64,000 nucleotides of DNA, taken from sequence record ON529857.1; one strand, 5' to 3'. The notes beneath the pieces are model-generated. The model saw only the letters and a program-made list of their open reading frames with translations, did not search any database and was not told where the DNA came from. Shown here piece by piece: positions 29,501-37,778 of the stretch. The translations under genes were made by a program, and so were the position numbers. Numbering within the stretch: the first letter of the stretch is position 1; each line of letters starts with the position of its first letter.

Positions 29501-30579
29501 GAGAACAGCAGGCTGAAAGCGGTGCCGGCCTGGTAAGCCAGGTCGAAGCGGTGATTCAGACCGCGCAGACGTTCGCCCAGCGTATAGGTCCGCTTCCCAA
29601 CGGATTCGGCTTGATTCCCGAAGCTATTGAACGCCTTTCCAGCGGAATCCGCCCCGGAGGCGGTTTCACGCATCATCCGCCCCATGCCGCCTCCGGTGCC
29701 TCCCATGGAGGCGCGCAAGCGCATCGGCAGCCGATCCAGCGCATGAGACGCGCGGCCTGCGGCGGCCGCCACCATGTCGAGGTCGCGAGCGATCTGAACC
29801 GCGCTAGGGATGCGCTTGGCGTTCGCCAGAACCTGGAACAGCTTGTCCAGGCGCTCGATCGACGCCTTTCCAGGCGCCTTCAGTCCCGTAAGCGAATCGC
29901 CGAACGCCCGCAGGGCCTGTGCGACCTGCGGGTTGAACTTGAGGTTTTGGACGCGCGCGGCGACCGTGATGAAATCAACCCAGGACTTCAGCTTGGCCTG
30001 AGGAATGGCGCGGGCGCGCGAGGCGTTGTCCATCGCCTGGGCGAACATGTTCATGCCCACCATGGCCTGGGCGCCGCCGCCGCGCAGATGCGACGCACGC
30101 GTCGCCAGCTCGATGAACTTCACCCAGGAGCCCATCTTGGACACCGAGATGTCGCGGGCCTTGGACGCGCGGTCCATGGCGCTGACGAATTGCAGCAGTG
30201 CCGCCGAGGAAGCGGGGTCCATACGAAGGCGCGACGTCAAGGCGCCCATTTCGATGAACTTTCGCCAGCTGTTCAGCTTGGCGTTTTCAATCTCCTTGGC
30301 GCGCGACGCCGCATTCATGGCGCGCACGAAATCGTTGACGCCCTTGACGCTGTCGCCGTTGACCTTGACCTTGTTGATCAGACCAGCCGTCTGGGCGAAG
30401 CGCTCCATGGTCGACATGGAGCCCTTAATCGCCCGGTCGGCTCCCGCCATGCCGGACGTCAGGCCGGCAGACATCCGCCCCGCCGCCGCCCCAGCCGAAT
30501 CCAGAGCGCGAGCCAGCGCCGCCAGGTCAGCTTGCGCCTGGCCGGAATCGATCTTGAGTTTAAGCGGTTGAGTATCCAT
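23557..30579 (-). CDS. Tape measure protein with internal lysozyme domain
   Basis: 2340 aa, Ala-rich helical. Tape-measure core (GQMIQKGKVSSEEFNRQIGEQIPG-like), a GH24-like motif EGLILRAQWDVNHQRVGYG, and C-terminal FASGG/FADGG motifs. Confidence 0.95.
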   Translation of the reverse strand: MDTQPLKLKIDSGQAQADLAALARALDSAGAAAGRMSAGLTSGMAGADRAIKGSMSTMERFAQTAGLINKVKVNGDSVKGVNDFVRAMNAASRAKEIENAKLNSWRKFIEMGALTSRLRMDPASSAALLQFVSAMDRASKARDISVSKMGSWVKFIELATRASHLRGGGAQAMVGMNMFAQAMDNASRARAIPQAKLKSWVDFITVAARVQNLKFNPQVAQALRAFGDSLTGLKAPGKASIERLDKLFQVLANAKRIPSAVQIARDLDMVAAAAGRASHALDRLPMRLRASMGGTGGGMGRMMRETASGADSAGKAFNSFGNQAESVGKRTYTLGERLRGLNHRFDLAYQAGTAFSLLFSSFTIGGMIKSVYDASVEMLKLDKAMLFSTKSFEGSKRASAEFIATVFDMGLALNQVAEPFGRFTISAGAAGMSAADSSAIFKSVTQTLQVVGASAEQTGYAMYGLTQMIQKGKVSSEEFNRQIGEQIPGNAEAGRRALEKMTGQAVTMQQFFKKMASGTLESSQFTKLWAAELDAMFGDLMVMVRDRPDVAINRVSTALTMFRVAVGKNQFVQEIGIQFSRLADLIGYTENGVFKLTPKFQDMANKLGRNLADAMRTAGDMLVWLVENFDKVVFAAKTVATLFIARTFLSWGQAAFNTASSIQSLTKALFGLKIAQDAVASSDLRGAVAKTAQSASSSQAARAAATAGSVAVTGADMRSIQVWRNSNGFAPGYDQRPQAPVAMPPSIASFGRRQEPPRPFNPQRTSGATAAVLAQRGDLTRQPFMARLGGSIASAGSTAMAVAPSAASAALKGLAVVGKTLATSLGVLGIAAVGVGTALTILSDKMTKVQGVDMRFEDITSGALDMIGRRLSKWFADFISDGADAQEALNRTGDVIKATVDALIWFGEVIGDTVGVVIHFGDALIKALSGDLTGAGRSIGRIGQDWSDNNIFDANVVAQRKQESFLSALEASNERREREYANAAAEARTRGAAAALAQQQAAADQLKAAQMQKEAASEMTKQLKAPSVNEVLERGRRLASGAYAAANPSQTAEQRAAANAQTAVNLPSASAAARPATTDVGSGLIYRQTYGGKEYTANTQEELTRVLTAAIRASDTANPEQQRRADQAGMLRTLGGLAGLFVPGFGRQINGAANSYADRLAPGGVERSPETRARELASSAAKQELDRRDSERGSGLTQAMQLLREREGLILRAQWDVNHQRVGYGSDTKTDARTGQVTRVQAGTTVTVEDAEADLRRRTMAFQAQAAGEIGQQNWDGLTAAAQAALTSVIYNYGTLDRRNGRGAGIADDIRGGANSPEAIARLVEGLAGHNNGVNRNRRMQEAAIIRGGVMIGGKDVPTTAAGAIEQAAEEEKKGDLTSRASDWKSMMSLITAADPASQALFQVGQVAAQAEEIFGNEEERVKKWGADAVFVTEAMMDMLEKKFKTLAREAADAMNPIAKGNRELRDQNQILGMVIQGKSKEAEWQEKLNGLREQYGEEYLAMMQDTAKWEEHVNDLRKTNQFLRVESLETSRKEWEIQRERGLLLQDELRLMQTINEARLRGAAPTASRRDTYLNDLINQTQEGGTLEQKRAALSPERLGTLELTADVQFRADKIESLQGMIAEASDSIRRAGMSATKQAFDQTYMDILRSMTGMANASLAEITEALNKAGDTTTDRLATQYAKLREELENPPGFQRWVNALEPLEQRMQSIKGQFLDGLSEGITGELMGDDVDWSSIWKQIRREMTKASVDNAIGDLMGFMGIKRGNSGLSPESQALVTAMEGQRDDLRAMLKADGDRLVELLAGREDAIAAETASRNEQLQLVKDQVGALRIAADSLKKIADGLSGGVVRQAFETSEMNLREQAMALESGGGYTSSGAPIANPSLLTRRAAEPASPMDYVQNLVGGIFRSLGLAEPNVSGIRADAGDESMMARASTDATARINQMLAERPNVDATALVAAMLDERRGEAEAMGSAVSRFEAAVERLVTGGEGSTLPALPFSAFASGGFVSGPGGPRTDSINARLSNGEFVVNAAATAQNRGLLETINGGRGYAAGGLVNGLPGFAGGGFFSGLGDMFKSFGSGSIKNKLFGEGGAGMSFGDMGKASLSGIFGKGKNGKYDGPMSWFGQLFGKGNSLEDRMGAGMQGMALIGNLIDMFKKPETPEKLPDPVKGVIGEHRAVTVDATQVAARSNPWADVINIGMNMLTGGTWNKVATWREMAAGAYNMIDNAFADGGYVSSGGAGAVNWASLPHYAEGTPNTSGGMPAVVHPNEAIIPLSGGRKVPVDMSGMETGGGMTQVTSNITVIAPNPDAFRKSQGSIQRQQNRDMKRASTRNLN

Positions 30580-30596
30580 CGACCTGACTGGGGGCT

Positions 30597-30983
30597 TTAT
30601 TTCTTAGGCGGAGAAGTTCCTGCCTTCTTTGCGGCTTCCTTTTCTTGTGCTTCCTTGACGAAGGCCATGTAGGCCTCATCGAGTCTTTCGACGTAGAAGA
30701 GGAAATCTTGCGTCATTCCGAAATCGAGGCCGCGCAATCGGCAGTAGGCATCGATTTCGGAAAGAGGGATTCGCTGCGGGCCGGCAAAGCCGATGGGGCG
30801 CGTATTCGACAAGCGCCAGAACCCGTCCATCGCCCAACGGAGATCGGTGAAGACCTCCTCTGGAGGGGGTCCGTCCGGAACCAGGGGCTCCAGCCCCATG
30901 TCCGCACGGACCTTGTTCTTCCACTCCAGCTGGGGATCAGGCGGATTCTTCAGCGCCTGATCGAGTACGCTTAGGAGTTTCCC
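30597..30983 (-). CDS. Tail assembly chaperone, -1 frame extension (lambda gpGT-like)
   Basis: The frame is open from the slippery site at 30983 into the annotated ORF 30597..30899 (GKLLSVLDQALKNPPDPQLEWKNKVRADMGLEP...). Confidence 0.85.
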   Translation of the reverse strand, partial: GKLLSVLDQALKNPPDPQLEWKNKVRADMGLEPLVPDGPPPEEVFTDLRWAMDGFWRLSNTRPIGFAGPQRIPLSEIDAYCRLRGLDFGMTQDFLFYVERLDEAYMAFVKEAQEKEAAKKAGTSPPKK

Positions 30984-31387
30984 ACCCCAGCCTGACGCGC
31001 TTCATCGCGGTAGTTCTGGCTGTCGGTGGAGTATTGCACGATGAAGGACGCCAGCTTCGGCAGCGCCTTCAGGATTTTGTAGGCTTCGTCCGCCGAGTAG
31101 GGGACCACCTCTCCAGCTTCGTTCGCCACGCCGCGCCAGTCAGCGATGACGCCGCCGGCGATCACGCGCAGACCGATTTCCTCATTCTTGTCGTCGGTCA
31201 GCTTGCCGCCCACGCGGATCAGGGTCTGGTGCGGACGCATCAGGTCGTCGCGCAGGTCGATCACCGCCTTGGCGCCGAAGGCGCGCAGCTTGAAGGCGGT
31301 GTTGTCGTCCAGTTCGAACCAACGGCCGTTTTCTTCCGACTCCTTGTTGGACGAAAACATGTCGAAGAGATTCAGAGCATTGCTCAT
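30971..31387 (-). CDS. Tail assembly chaperone (lambda gpG-like)
   Basis: Lies between tail tube and tape measure; ends G GGA AAC TCC TAA. Confidence 0.88.
   Translation of the reverse strand: MSNALNLFDMFSSNKESEENGRWFELDDNTAFKLRAFGAKAVIDLRDDLMRPHQTLIRVGGKLTDDKNEEIGLRVIAGGVIADWRGVANEAGEVVPYSADEAYKILKALPKLASFIVQYSTDSQNYRDEARQAGVGNS
30977..30983 (-). promoter_or_regulatory. Programmed -1 ribosomal frameshift heptamer GGGAAAC
   Basis: X XXY YYZ heptamer in the correct frame, two codons before the chaperone stop. Confidence 0.88.
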
Positions 31388-31590
31388 CGGGGTATCCTAG
31401 TATCAGGGAGAGAGGATGAGCGCCCCTTGGATACAGCGGGCAGCCGGGGCGCGGAACTGGCCGTGAAACTTGTCGAGCGACCCTTCGGGGGAAGGGTGGA
31501 CCAGCGAGGCCCCGATTCCTCGCTGGTCCGGCTCACGCGTGAGACTTTCGAAGCCCAAAGGGCATCTGGGTCTATCGGGGAGAAGGGGAA

Positions 31591-31625
31591 GTTCAGTCAC
31601 GTTATTTCGGAAAACGTGACTGAAC
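31591..31625. repeat. 13-bp perfect inverted repeat directly after the tail tube stop codon
   Basis: GTTCAGTCACGTT-N9-AACGTGACTGAAC; a related copy is at 35594..35620. Confidence 0.8.
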
Positions 31626-31627
31626 GA

Positions 31628-33475
31628 TTAAGCGGTGGTGGCGAAGACCGAGGAGTAGCGATCGATCTGGATGGAGCAGCCGGTGATCGGGTCGCGCTTG
31701 GCGCCGTATTCCATCGTCTCCATCACGTCCTGGTTGCCACCCGGAGGGTTCACCGTGTCGGTGGTGAAGTTCACCGCCGGGATGGTGTATTCGTAGTGGT
31801 TGCCCAGAACGTCCTCGATCGAGAACTCGACCGAGACGGTCTCGTGCTCAATGAACTTGTCCCACAGCGAACCGTCCGCGAAGTAGGCGACCAGGTTGCC
31901 GGTGATCTCCATACGACCGGCACCGATGCCGGCGGGGAACTTGTGCGAGACGGCGTTCTGGTCACGCAGGTTGTTGTTGCCGTTCAGGGTGATCGACTGG
32001 ATGGCGGTGGTCAGCTGCTCGCCGTTGATGACGATGGCGCCCACGTTCACGGTCGCGTTGGCGACCGGCGTAGCGGTCGTCTCCAGGACGGTGTAGGGGG
32101 CACGACCCAGCTTCGAGACGCCCTGGCGCTTGGTGGCGCGGCCGTTGAAGCTGAACGAACCGGTCAGGATCGAGTTCGACGCGATGTTGTACGAGAAGGC
32201 GCCGACCCGCAGGCCGTCGGTCATCCAGTATTGGTCAACGTCTTCGAAGCCCGTTTCCAGGGTGTAGGATTGCGGCGTGATGTCGTCGGCGTCCGACGGG
32301 TTGCGCAGCATCGAGCCCTTGAACGTCACACCGGCGGCGCCGGCGTTGGCGAACGTCGCCGGAGCCGGGCTGACCGTCAGCTTGTCGTCGGTCATGGCTT
32401 CGATCTTGAACACGCCGTGCAGCGTGGCGTCGCCGCCCGCGAAGTCGACGACCGTCAGGGCGCCGCCCGCATCGTCCGTCTCCAGGATGGAGCCGCCGGT
32501 GCGCAGCAGGTTCTTGATCGTGACCGTGTCGGTGACCGCATCCAACGTCGCCGAAACAGCGAGCTCGCCGCGCACGCGCTTCTTGTTCAGCTCATCTGCG
32601 AAGTTGGCCGAGGTGGCGGCCGCATCGACGCCCAGCTCGACGCCTTCCGCCGACGGCGGAACCGAGCCGCCGAACTGGAAGACCAGGGTCTTGTCGCCGT
32701 CCGAAACGGTGACCTTGGAGCCGGCCGTCGGGTTGGCGGTGAACTCGACCGTGCCGGTCTCGATGCCCAGTCCGTCAACGAACAGCTTTTGACCAACCGC
32801 CAGCTGACCAGCCGCGATCGCAGCGGCGAAGGCGTTGGTGCCGTTCGAATCGAAGGCCGATTCACCGGCGGTGCCGGCCCGGATCGACGTGTTGCGCAGG
32901 ATGATGACGTCGTTGGCGTCAGCCATGCCCGTGTAGTTCGAGCCAGCCTCGGCGACAGCCGTGGTGGCGGTCATCAGGATTTCGGTGCGGTTGGCGCCGG
33001 CGTTCCAGGTGATCGTGTCGATCTGCCAGTAGGCGTTGTTCTCAGCCTTCAGGAAGCCCGAAGTCTTGACGCGACGGCCCGCGAAGAAATAGTTGGTGAC
33101 GTCAATGCCCTTGACGTACAGGGTGCCGGCGGTCGCGGACCACTCCAGGGCCTTGCCCTTGACGGAGTCGAAGGTCATCGGCCGCGTCCAGGCGCCGTAG
33201 ACGAACGACTCCATGAAGTCGTCGTGCGAGCCAGCGGAATATTCGATGTTGACGTCACCGTTCGAGCGAGCGCCCGTTTCGATGTAGTCGGCCACCATCC
33301 GGTCGGCGCGGATTTCTTCCGACGTCGCCGTTTCCTTGTTGGCGTTGATCGTCGAGCCGGTGTAGCGCAGCTCACGCGTGCGGCCGCTCGAAGGGGTGGT
33401 GCCCCAGGCGTTCTCGTCTTCCTTGATGTAACGGAGACGCGCCCGGTTGGAGTCGGCGAAAATCTGAAGGGCCAT
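31628..33475 (-). CDS. Major tail tube protein with inserted domain
   Basis: DSNRARLRYIKE...ELRYTGSTI...SEEIRADRM N-terminus typical of siphovirus/GTA tubes; position upstream of the chaperones. Confidence 0.9.
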   Translation of the reverse strand: MALQIFADSNRARLRYIKEDENAWGTTPSSGRTRELRYTGSTINANKETATSEEIRADRMVADYIETGARSNGDVNIEYSAGSHDDFMESFVYGAWTRPMTFDSVKGKALEWSATAGTLYVKGIDVTNYFFAGRRVKTSGFLKAENNAYWQIDTITWNAGANRTEILMTATTAVAEAGSNYTGMADANDVIILRNTSIRAGTAGESAFDSNGTNAFAAAIAAGQLAVGQKLFVDGLGIETGTVEFTANPTAGSKVTVSDGDKTLVFQFGGSVPPSAEGVELGVDAAATSANFADELNKKRVRGELAVSATLDAVTDTVTIKNLLRTGGSILETDDAGGALTVVDFAGGDATLHGVFKIEAMTDDKLTVSPAPATFANAGAAGVTFKGSMLRNPSDADDITPQSYTLETGFEDVDQYWMTDGLRVGAFSYNIASNSILTGSFSFNGRATKRQGVSKLGRAPYTVLETTATPVANATVNVGAIVINGEQLTTAIQSITLNGNNNLRDQNAVSHKFPAGIGAGRMEITGNLVAYFADGSLWDKFIEHETVSVEFSIEDVLGNHYEYTIPAVNFTTDTVNPPGGNQDVMETMEYGAKRDPITGCSIQIDRYSSVFATTA

Positions 33476-33549
33476 TAGTCGGCTGGTTCCACGAGGTTTT
33501 TGAACAGGGACTGGCAGCGACCGCCCCGGTCCGCGCGCCGATGTCGTGG

Positions 33550-33578
33550 ACCCTACTCGATTAAGCCGTAAATGTCAA
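33550..33578 (-). promoter_or_regulatory. Sigma70-type promoter upstream of the tail tube
   Basis: TTGACA-N17-TAGGGT. Confidence 0.6.
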
Positions 33579-33619
33579 GAATCCCAAACCTTATAGGTGA
33601 GTTTTCTGACAGTCAACCC

Positions 33620-34078
33620 TTAATCGCGGAAATCATCCGCGTTCGGGTCCCTGTAGTAATAGTGGAACGTGCCGTCGACGATGATGCGCCAATAGCCGTT
33701 TTGAGCTCCGTCGAAGGGCGTCTTAACATTGGACACCAGCATCTTCAGATAGCCGTCCGGCTCGACCATCCACTCGCGACGATTGAACCGGGCGCGCAGA
33801 TAGTCGGCAGCGCGAAGTCCAGGACCGTCTCCGGTCTTTTCCGGCACAAGGATGTCGAACTGATAGATGCCGACCGTCAGCTCGAACCCGCGCCGTCCGC
33901 CCAACTCCGCCTGGCGAGACCCTCCCGTCTTATACCAGAAGGAGGCGTACATCTCCTTGTTGGGCGGCTTCTTGAACTCGGAGTTCGGCATCTCAATGCG
34001 CCCGGCCAGGCCGGCAGCGTTTGCGGCCGCCAGGGCTTTGGACGTCAGGACGCGGCGAAGACTGTCAAACGGGTTCAT
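33620..34078 (-). CDS. Tail terminator-like protein
   Basis: Position in the neck/tail-completion block; GIYQFDILVPEKTGDGPG motif. Confidence 0.7.
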   Translation of the reverse strand: MNPFDSLRRVLTSKALAAANAAGLAGRIEMPNSEFKKPPNKEMYASFWYKTGGSRQAELGGRRGFELTVGIYQFDILVPEKTGDGPGLRAADYLRARFNRREWMVEPDGYLKMLVSNVKTPFDGAQNGYWRIIVDGTFHYYYRDPNADDFRD

Positions 34079-34150
34079 CAACCGCTCCTTGTAGAAGCGA
34101 CGCCATAACCCAAAGCGGCGTCAGCGGGAATAGGTGAAAAGCGAAGAAAA

Positions 34151-34648
34151 TCAAAGAATGCCGGCCTGGACCTCGGCCACCGCAAGGCGCACGATCCCCT
34201 TGGAAGAGTTGACACGCGACGATTGCGGGGTCGGCAGTTTTCCGTATTCAAGCGCAACCGCCGAATCGGACGTGTTGGTCAGGAAGATGTCCTGAGGCTT
34301 CTTGGCCCGCAAAGCGCCCGCCAGCGACCGGCGCGGCCGCTCCTCGTTGATCTTGCGGCGCGGTTCGGCGCCCAGGGGCATCGTGCTCGTCGGACCGGGA
34401 TCAATACCCTGACCGCGCGGCTCTTCATGCCGGGTGTCGGGCGATCGCGTCGACCAGCGCCAGTTCAGGATGGTGTCGCCCTCCCACACCGGCGTATTGG
34501 CGAGAATCTTCTCGTTCAGCGCGATGAGGATTTCGTTGGACTTGTTGCCGAAGGCGTCCTCAGCCTGGGCGAAGAAGTTCTCGAACGCCTGCTTGAAGGG
34601 ATTGTTGATCTGGATCGACAGCTTGGAGCCGGAGCGCGAGAACGCCAT
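34151..34648 (-). CDS. Neck/tail completion protein (HK97 gp10-like position)
   Basis: TPVWEGDTILNWRWS and LEYG motifs; gene order. Confidence 0.65.
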   Translation of the reverse strand: MAFSRSGSKLSIQINNPFKQAFENFFAQAEDAFGNKSNEILIALNEKILANTPVWEGDTILNWRWSTRSPDTRHEEPRGQGIDPGPTSTMPLGAEPRRKINEERPRRSLAGALRAKKPQDIFLTNTSDSAVALEYGKLPTPQSSRVNSSKGIVRLAVAEVQAGIL

Positions 34649-34651
34649 GGT

Positions 34652-35020
34652 TCACGACAGGCGGCACTGAAGCATGCCCAGCTGCTCGCTGGGCTCGCCC
34701 AGGACGCGCACGATTTCCCATTCGCGCCCCTTGTTGTCGATGACGGTGTCGTCTTCCGAGGGCTCTCGACCCAGGTCTTCCATGGGGAAGAGCACCTTGA
34801 CGTCCTTGGCGGCGATCTTGGGATCGCGGTCCATTTCCTTGACGGTGAAACGGGTGAAGGCCACCAGCGGCAGATCAATCAGCTGCGCCGGAGTCGACGA
34901 AGTGCCCGTCTCGGGATCGTAGACCGAATCGCTCGTCTTGACCTTGTATGTCGCCTTGACTGGAATGTCGCCCAGCGCCAGGAAGGCCTGGCGGATCGCG
35001 CGACGAAGGATCGCCCGCAT
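34652..35020 (-). CDS. Head closure / head-tail joining protein
   Basis: SVYDPETGT motif, ~120-aa beta protein, gene order. Confidence 0.65.
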   Translation of the reverse strand: MRAILRRAIRQAFLALGDIPVKATYKVKTSDSVYDPETGTSSTPAQLIDLPLVAFTRFTVKEMDRDPKIAAKDVKVLFPMEDLGREPSEDDTVIDNKGREWEIVRVLGEPSEQLGMLQCRLS

Positions 35021-35026
35021 GTGTCG

Positions 35027-35569
35027 TTACGTCCGGATGATGCGCTTGAACCCAGGCCGACGTCCCGATTGCACGTCCCCCAGATCGCCCAGCATCGCCA
35101 TGATGTATTCCGGCATGACCCCGCCGGAGGAAGACAGCTGGGCGTCGTCTTTGAACTTGACCTCGATCACATCGACCTTGATCTCACTGATCTCTCCCGA
35201 ACCGCCGGCCCCGCCGCCGGGCTGGGTCCAATCGGCGCGCATCAGATAGACGGCGAACTCAGCCGTCGCTTCTTGCAGGATACGCGGGATGACGTTGTCC
35301 GGGATGGGCGCGCCGTCCAGATAGACGCCAGCGCGGGGCCAGGCGAGACCGGAATCGTGATGGGTGCGAGTCCCATACCACTTGAAACGAACGTCGAGGA
35401 CCTTGGAAGCCCGAGCCAGCAGTCGCTGCTTATCCTCCTCCTCCTGATCCAGCCATTCCGCAGAGGCGTGCGTGTTCGCTTCGATGTAGTCGTCAGCGAA
35501 CGCGATCGTCGTATAGGAATTGGCGTCGGGACGGCCCAGACCGTCCTCGACCACAAAGGTGAAGGCCAT
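35027..35569 (-). CDS. Head-tail adaptor (DnaT_2-like)
   Basis: MAFTFVVEDGLGRPDANSY and LAWPRAG motifs. Confidence 0.8.
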   Translation of the reverse strand: MAFTFVVEDGLGRPDANSYTTIAFADDYIEANTHASAEWLDQEEEDKQRLLARASKVLDVRFKWYGTRTHHDSGLAWPRAGVYLDGAPIPDNVIPRILQEATAEFAVYLMRADWTQPGGGAGGSGEISEIKVDVIEVKFKDDAQLSSSGGVMPEYIMAMLGDLGDVQSGRRPGFKRIIRT

Positions 35570-35593
35570 TTCGGCTCAGGCTCCAGGTCTTTT

Positions 35594-35620
35594 AGTCACA
35601 TTTTCCCAGGAAACGTGACT
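35594..35620. repeat. Imperfect 27-bp palindrome AGTCAC-N15-GTGACT after the phoH stop
   Basis: Same half-sites and spacing as the core of 31591..31625. Confidence 0.7.
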
Positions 35621-36438
35621 CACCGCTTATGCACGAAAGACGGCAGAGTGTCAACAATTCCGTCGGTGTCTGCCGCTGCCTGGCGAGCGCGCTTGTGCTT
35701 CGCCAGGGCGATGACCCACTTCTTCGCCAGCGGCGAACGCACGACGTCTTCTTCGGAGAATTCGATGACATCCATGATGTCTTCATCTTCCGCGATGGAA
35801 ACGAAGGTCTCCAGACCCGAGTTGGGGATGTCGACCTGGGTGTGGTCGCCGGCGATGATCATCTGCGTGCCGTTGCCGGTTCGCGTCACCAGCAGCTCCA
35901 GGTCGGAGAAGGTGGCGTTCTGCGCTTCATCCAGGATCACGGCGCACTTCTCGAAGGTGCGGCCGCGCATGTATTCGAAGGGGACGATCTCGAACTTGTT
36001 CTCGGAACGCCAGAGGTCCAGTTGGGCTGCCGACACTTCGGCCCGCAGCCCTTCCAGGACAGGAATCATCCACGGCTTCATCTTAGCGTCAATGTTGCCG
36101 GGCAGGAAGCCGATCGCGTGTTCCTTCTTCGAGGCGGTCACGCGGCTGACGACGATTTTCTCGATGTCGCCCTTGATCAGACGCTGCGCGGCGATACGGG
36201 CGGCGATGTAGGTCTTACCCGTACCCGCCGGTCCGATCGCGAAGGTCGAATCACCCTCACGCAGAATGTCGATATAATCCGCCTGGGTGGCGTTCTTCGG
36301 TTCCAGAGGCTTAGCCGATTGCCGCTGATTCTTGGCCGCCTTTTCCTGCCGGCGCTGGGCGCGGGCGGCGGCCTTGGTGATCAGGGGCGGACGCTCAAAA
36401 ACGGTGCTTTCGTGCGGTTGGGTCGCGAGATCGGTCAA
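35620..36438 (-). CDS. phoH: PhoH-family ATPase
   Basis: Walker A GPAGTGKT, GFLPG, MRGRTF, ILDEAQN and GDHTQVD motifs; TTG start. Confidence 0.95.
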   Translation of the reverse strand: MTDLATQPHESTVFERPPLITKAAARAQRRQEKAAKNQRQSAKPLEPKNATQADYIDILREGDSTFAIGPAGTGKTYIAARIAAQRLIKGDIEKIVVSRVTASKKEHAIGFLPGNIDAKMKPWMIPVLEGLRAEVSAAQLDLWRSENKFEIVPFEYMRGRTFEKCAVILDEAQNATFSDLELLVTRTGNGTQMIIAGDHTQVDIPNSGLETFVSIAEDEDIMDVIEFSEEDVVRSPLAKKWVIALAKHKRARQAAADTDGIVDTLPSFVHKR

Positions 36439-36461
36439 ACGCCTATCCGAAGTTGCGGCTG

Positions 36462-36713
36462 TTACTCAGCCTGGGCGCCTCCGTCGATGAAGACGTTGGC
36501 CTGATACTGGACCAGATCGACGCGGAACTGTTCGACCAGGTCCTGGAGAACCGCGATGTTCTGGGGGGTCAAATCCTCCAGAACGACGTCGGTGATCGCG
36601 GCGGCGCCGCGAATGAGGGTCTGGTGCCGGGCCGCCTGTTGCGGGCTCTGCGACGTAGCGGCCGCAGGAATCACGAAGGCGGGCGGAACCGAATGGGCGA
36701 GCGCAGTGTTCAT
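36462..36713 (-). CDS. Hypothetical protein
   Basis: GGAGGGG before ATG; fits the strand and gene packing. Confidence 0.6.
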   Translation of the reverse strand: MNTALAHSVPPAFVIPAAATSQSPQQAARHQTLIRGAAAITDVVLEDLTPQNIAVLQDLVEQFRVDLVQYQANVFIDGGAQAE

Positions 36714-36821
36714 GGGGTGACCCCTCCAAAGGTCAGGCGTGACGCGATGGAGAGAGGCTAACCCGACACTGCTGTTCGGGCAAGACGTTCTGCGAGCTTT
36801 TTCACCCGCAGCGTGTGCCGT

Positions 36822-37244
36822 TTAACGTGCTCCTGAGATCATGGTGACGATGGCGCCCACAACAGCGGCCAGAAGCGCTGATCCGCCGGCCGTCAAGGGG
36901 CCGATGATGATTTCCATGCGGGTGAGGCGTTTTTCCAACGCCAGCTTGTTCGCCGTGAAGTCACGCTCGACGCGATCCAGCTCATCGGCGGCGTCTTTTT
37001 CGACTCGCGCCAAACGTGTATTGGCGTCTTTCAGGTCGCCTTCCAGCTTCGCCAGCTTGTTGGGCTGATCCTGGGCTTCGATACGAGCCAGGCGGTCGCG
37101 CACGTCGGTGAGGTCGTCGCGGAACGAATCAAACCGCGTATCGACCTTGTCGACCAGGCGATCCATCTTGTCGTTGAGGGAGGTGAAGAGGCGCTCGACC
37201 GTATCGCGGAAACGGTCTTCAGGCGTCAGGCCGGGGCTAAGCAT
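36822..37244 (-). CDS. Coiled-coil protein with a single C-terminal TM helix (holin/XhlA-like architecture)
   Basis: Heptad-like charged region followed by hydrophobic IIIGPLTAGGSALLAAVVGAIVTMI. Confidence 0.7.
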   Translation of the reverse strand: MLSPGLTPEDRFRDTVERLFTSLNDKMDRLVDKVDTRFDSFRDDLTDVRDRLARIEAQDQPNKLAKLEGDLKDANTRLARVEKDAADELDRVERDFTANKLALEKRLTRMEIIIGPLTAGGSALLAAVVGAIVTMISGAR

Positions 37245-37737
37245 CGAGACGCACCTCGGTGATATGGGCCAGGCCGCACACCGCGACCGCTTCGCCGTTG
37301 ACCATCAAGGGCCACTTCCAACCGTAGAAAACCAGCTCCACGCCCAGCTTGTCCGGATGGGGGACAGCGCCCTGGATCGACAGGGTGCGGCGTTCAATCA
37401 CACAGGCGAGGTCTTCAGCCTCGAACGCGCCGGCGTCCCCGGTTTCCCACAGGTCGGCGTCGGGCCGCATGACATAGTCGATAGCGCGGATGCCCGTCGC
37501 ACGGGCGTAGGGGCGATTGACGTGAACCATGGCGAACGTGCCGTCGGGTCGGATCGCTTTGATCCAGGCCGGGATAGGCAGGTGTTCGAAAAAGCCCGTC
37601 AGCAGCAGGCAAGGGTCCTCGGACCGGCAATCAGCGGACGCTTCTCGCAGCGTTTCCAGGAGGTTCTGAATATCCTGGCGCGGTTTGAGCGGGATGCCCA
37701 ATCCGGCGTCGGAAGGGCGGTGGTCGATGTTCGACAC
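37237..37737 (-). CDS. Stand-alone PAS-domain protein
   Basis: FFEHLPIPAWIK...FAMVHVNRPYARATG...DADLW...AFEAED...KWPL...VAVCG matches the PAS_4-type pattern; GTG start. Confidence 0.75.
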   Translation of the reverse strand: MSNIDHRPSDAGLGIPLKPRQDIQNLLETLREASADCRSEDPCLLLTGFFEHLPIPAWIKAIRPDGTFAMVHVNRPYARATGIRAIDYVMRPDADLWETGDAGAFEAEDLACVIERRTLSIQGAVPHPDKLGVELVFYGWKWPLMVNGEAVAVCGLAHITEVRLDA

Positions 37738-37778
37738 GGCCTTCGTCCCCGACGTTTAGCACGTTGATAATGGCCGGG

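Noticed and set aside
31403-31600. 65-aa ORF between tail tube and chaperone
   Set aside because: The start lies inside the inverted repeat, there is no RBS and the composition is uninformative; more likely untranslated.
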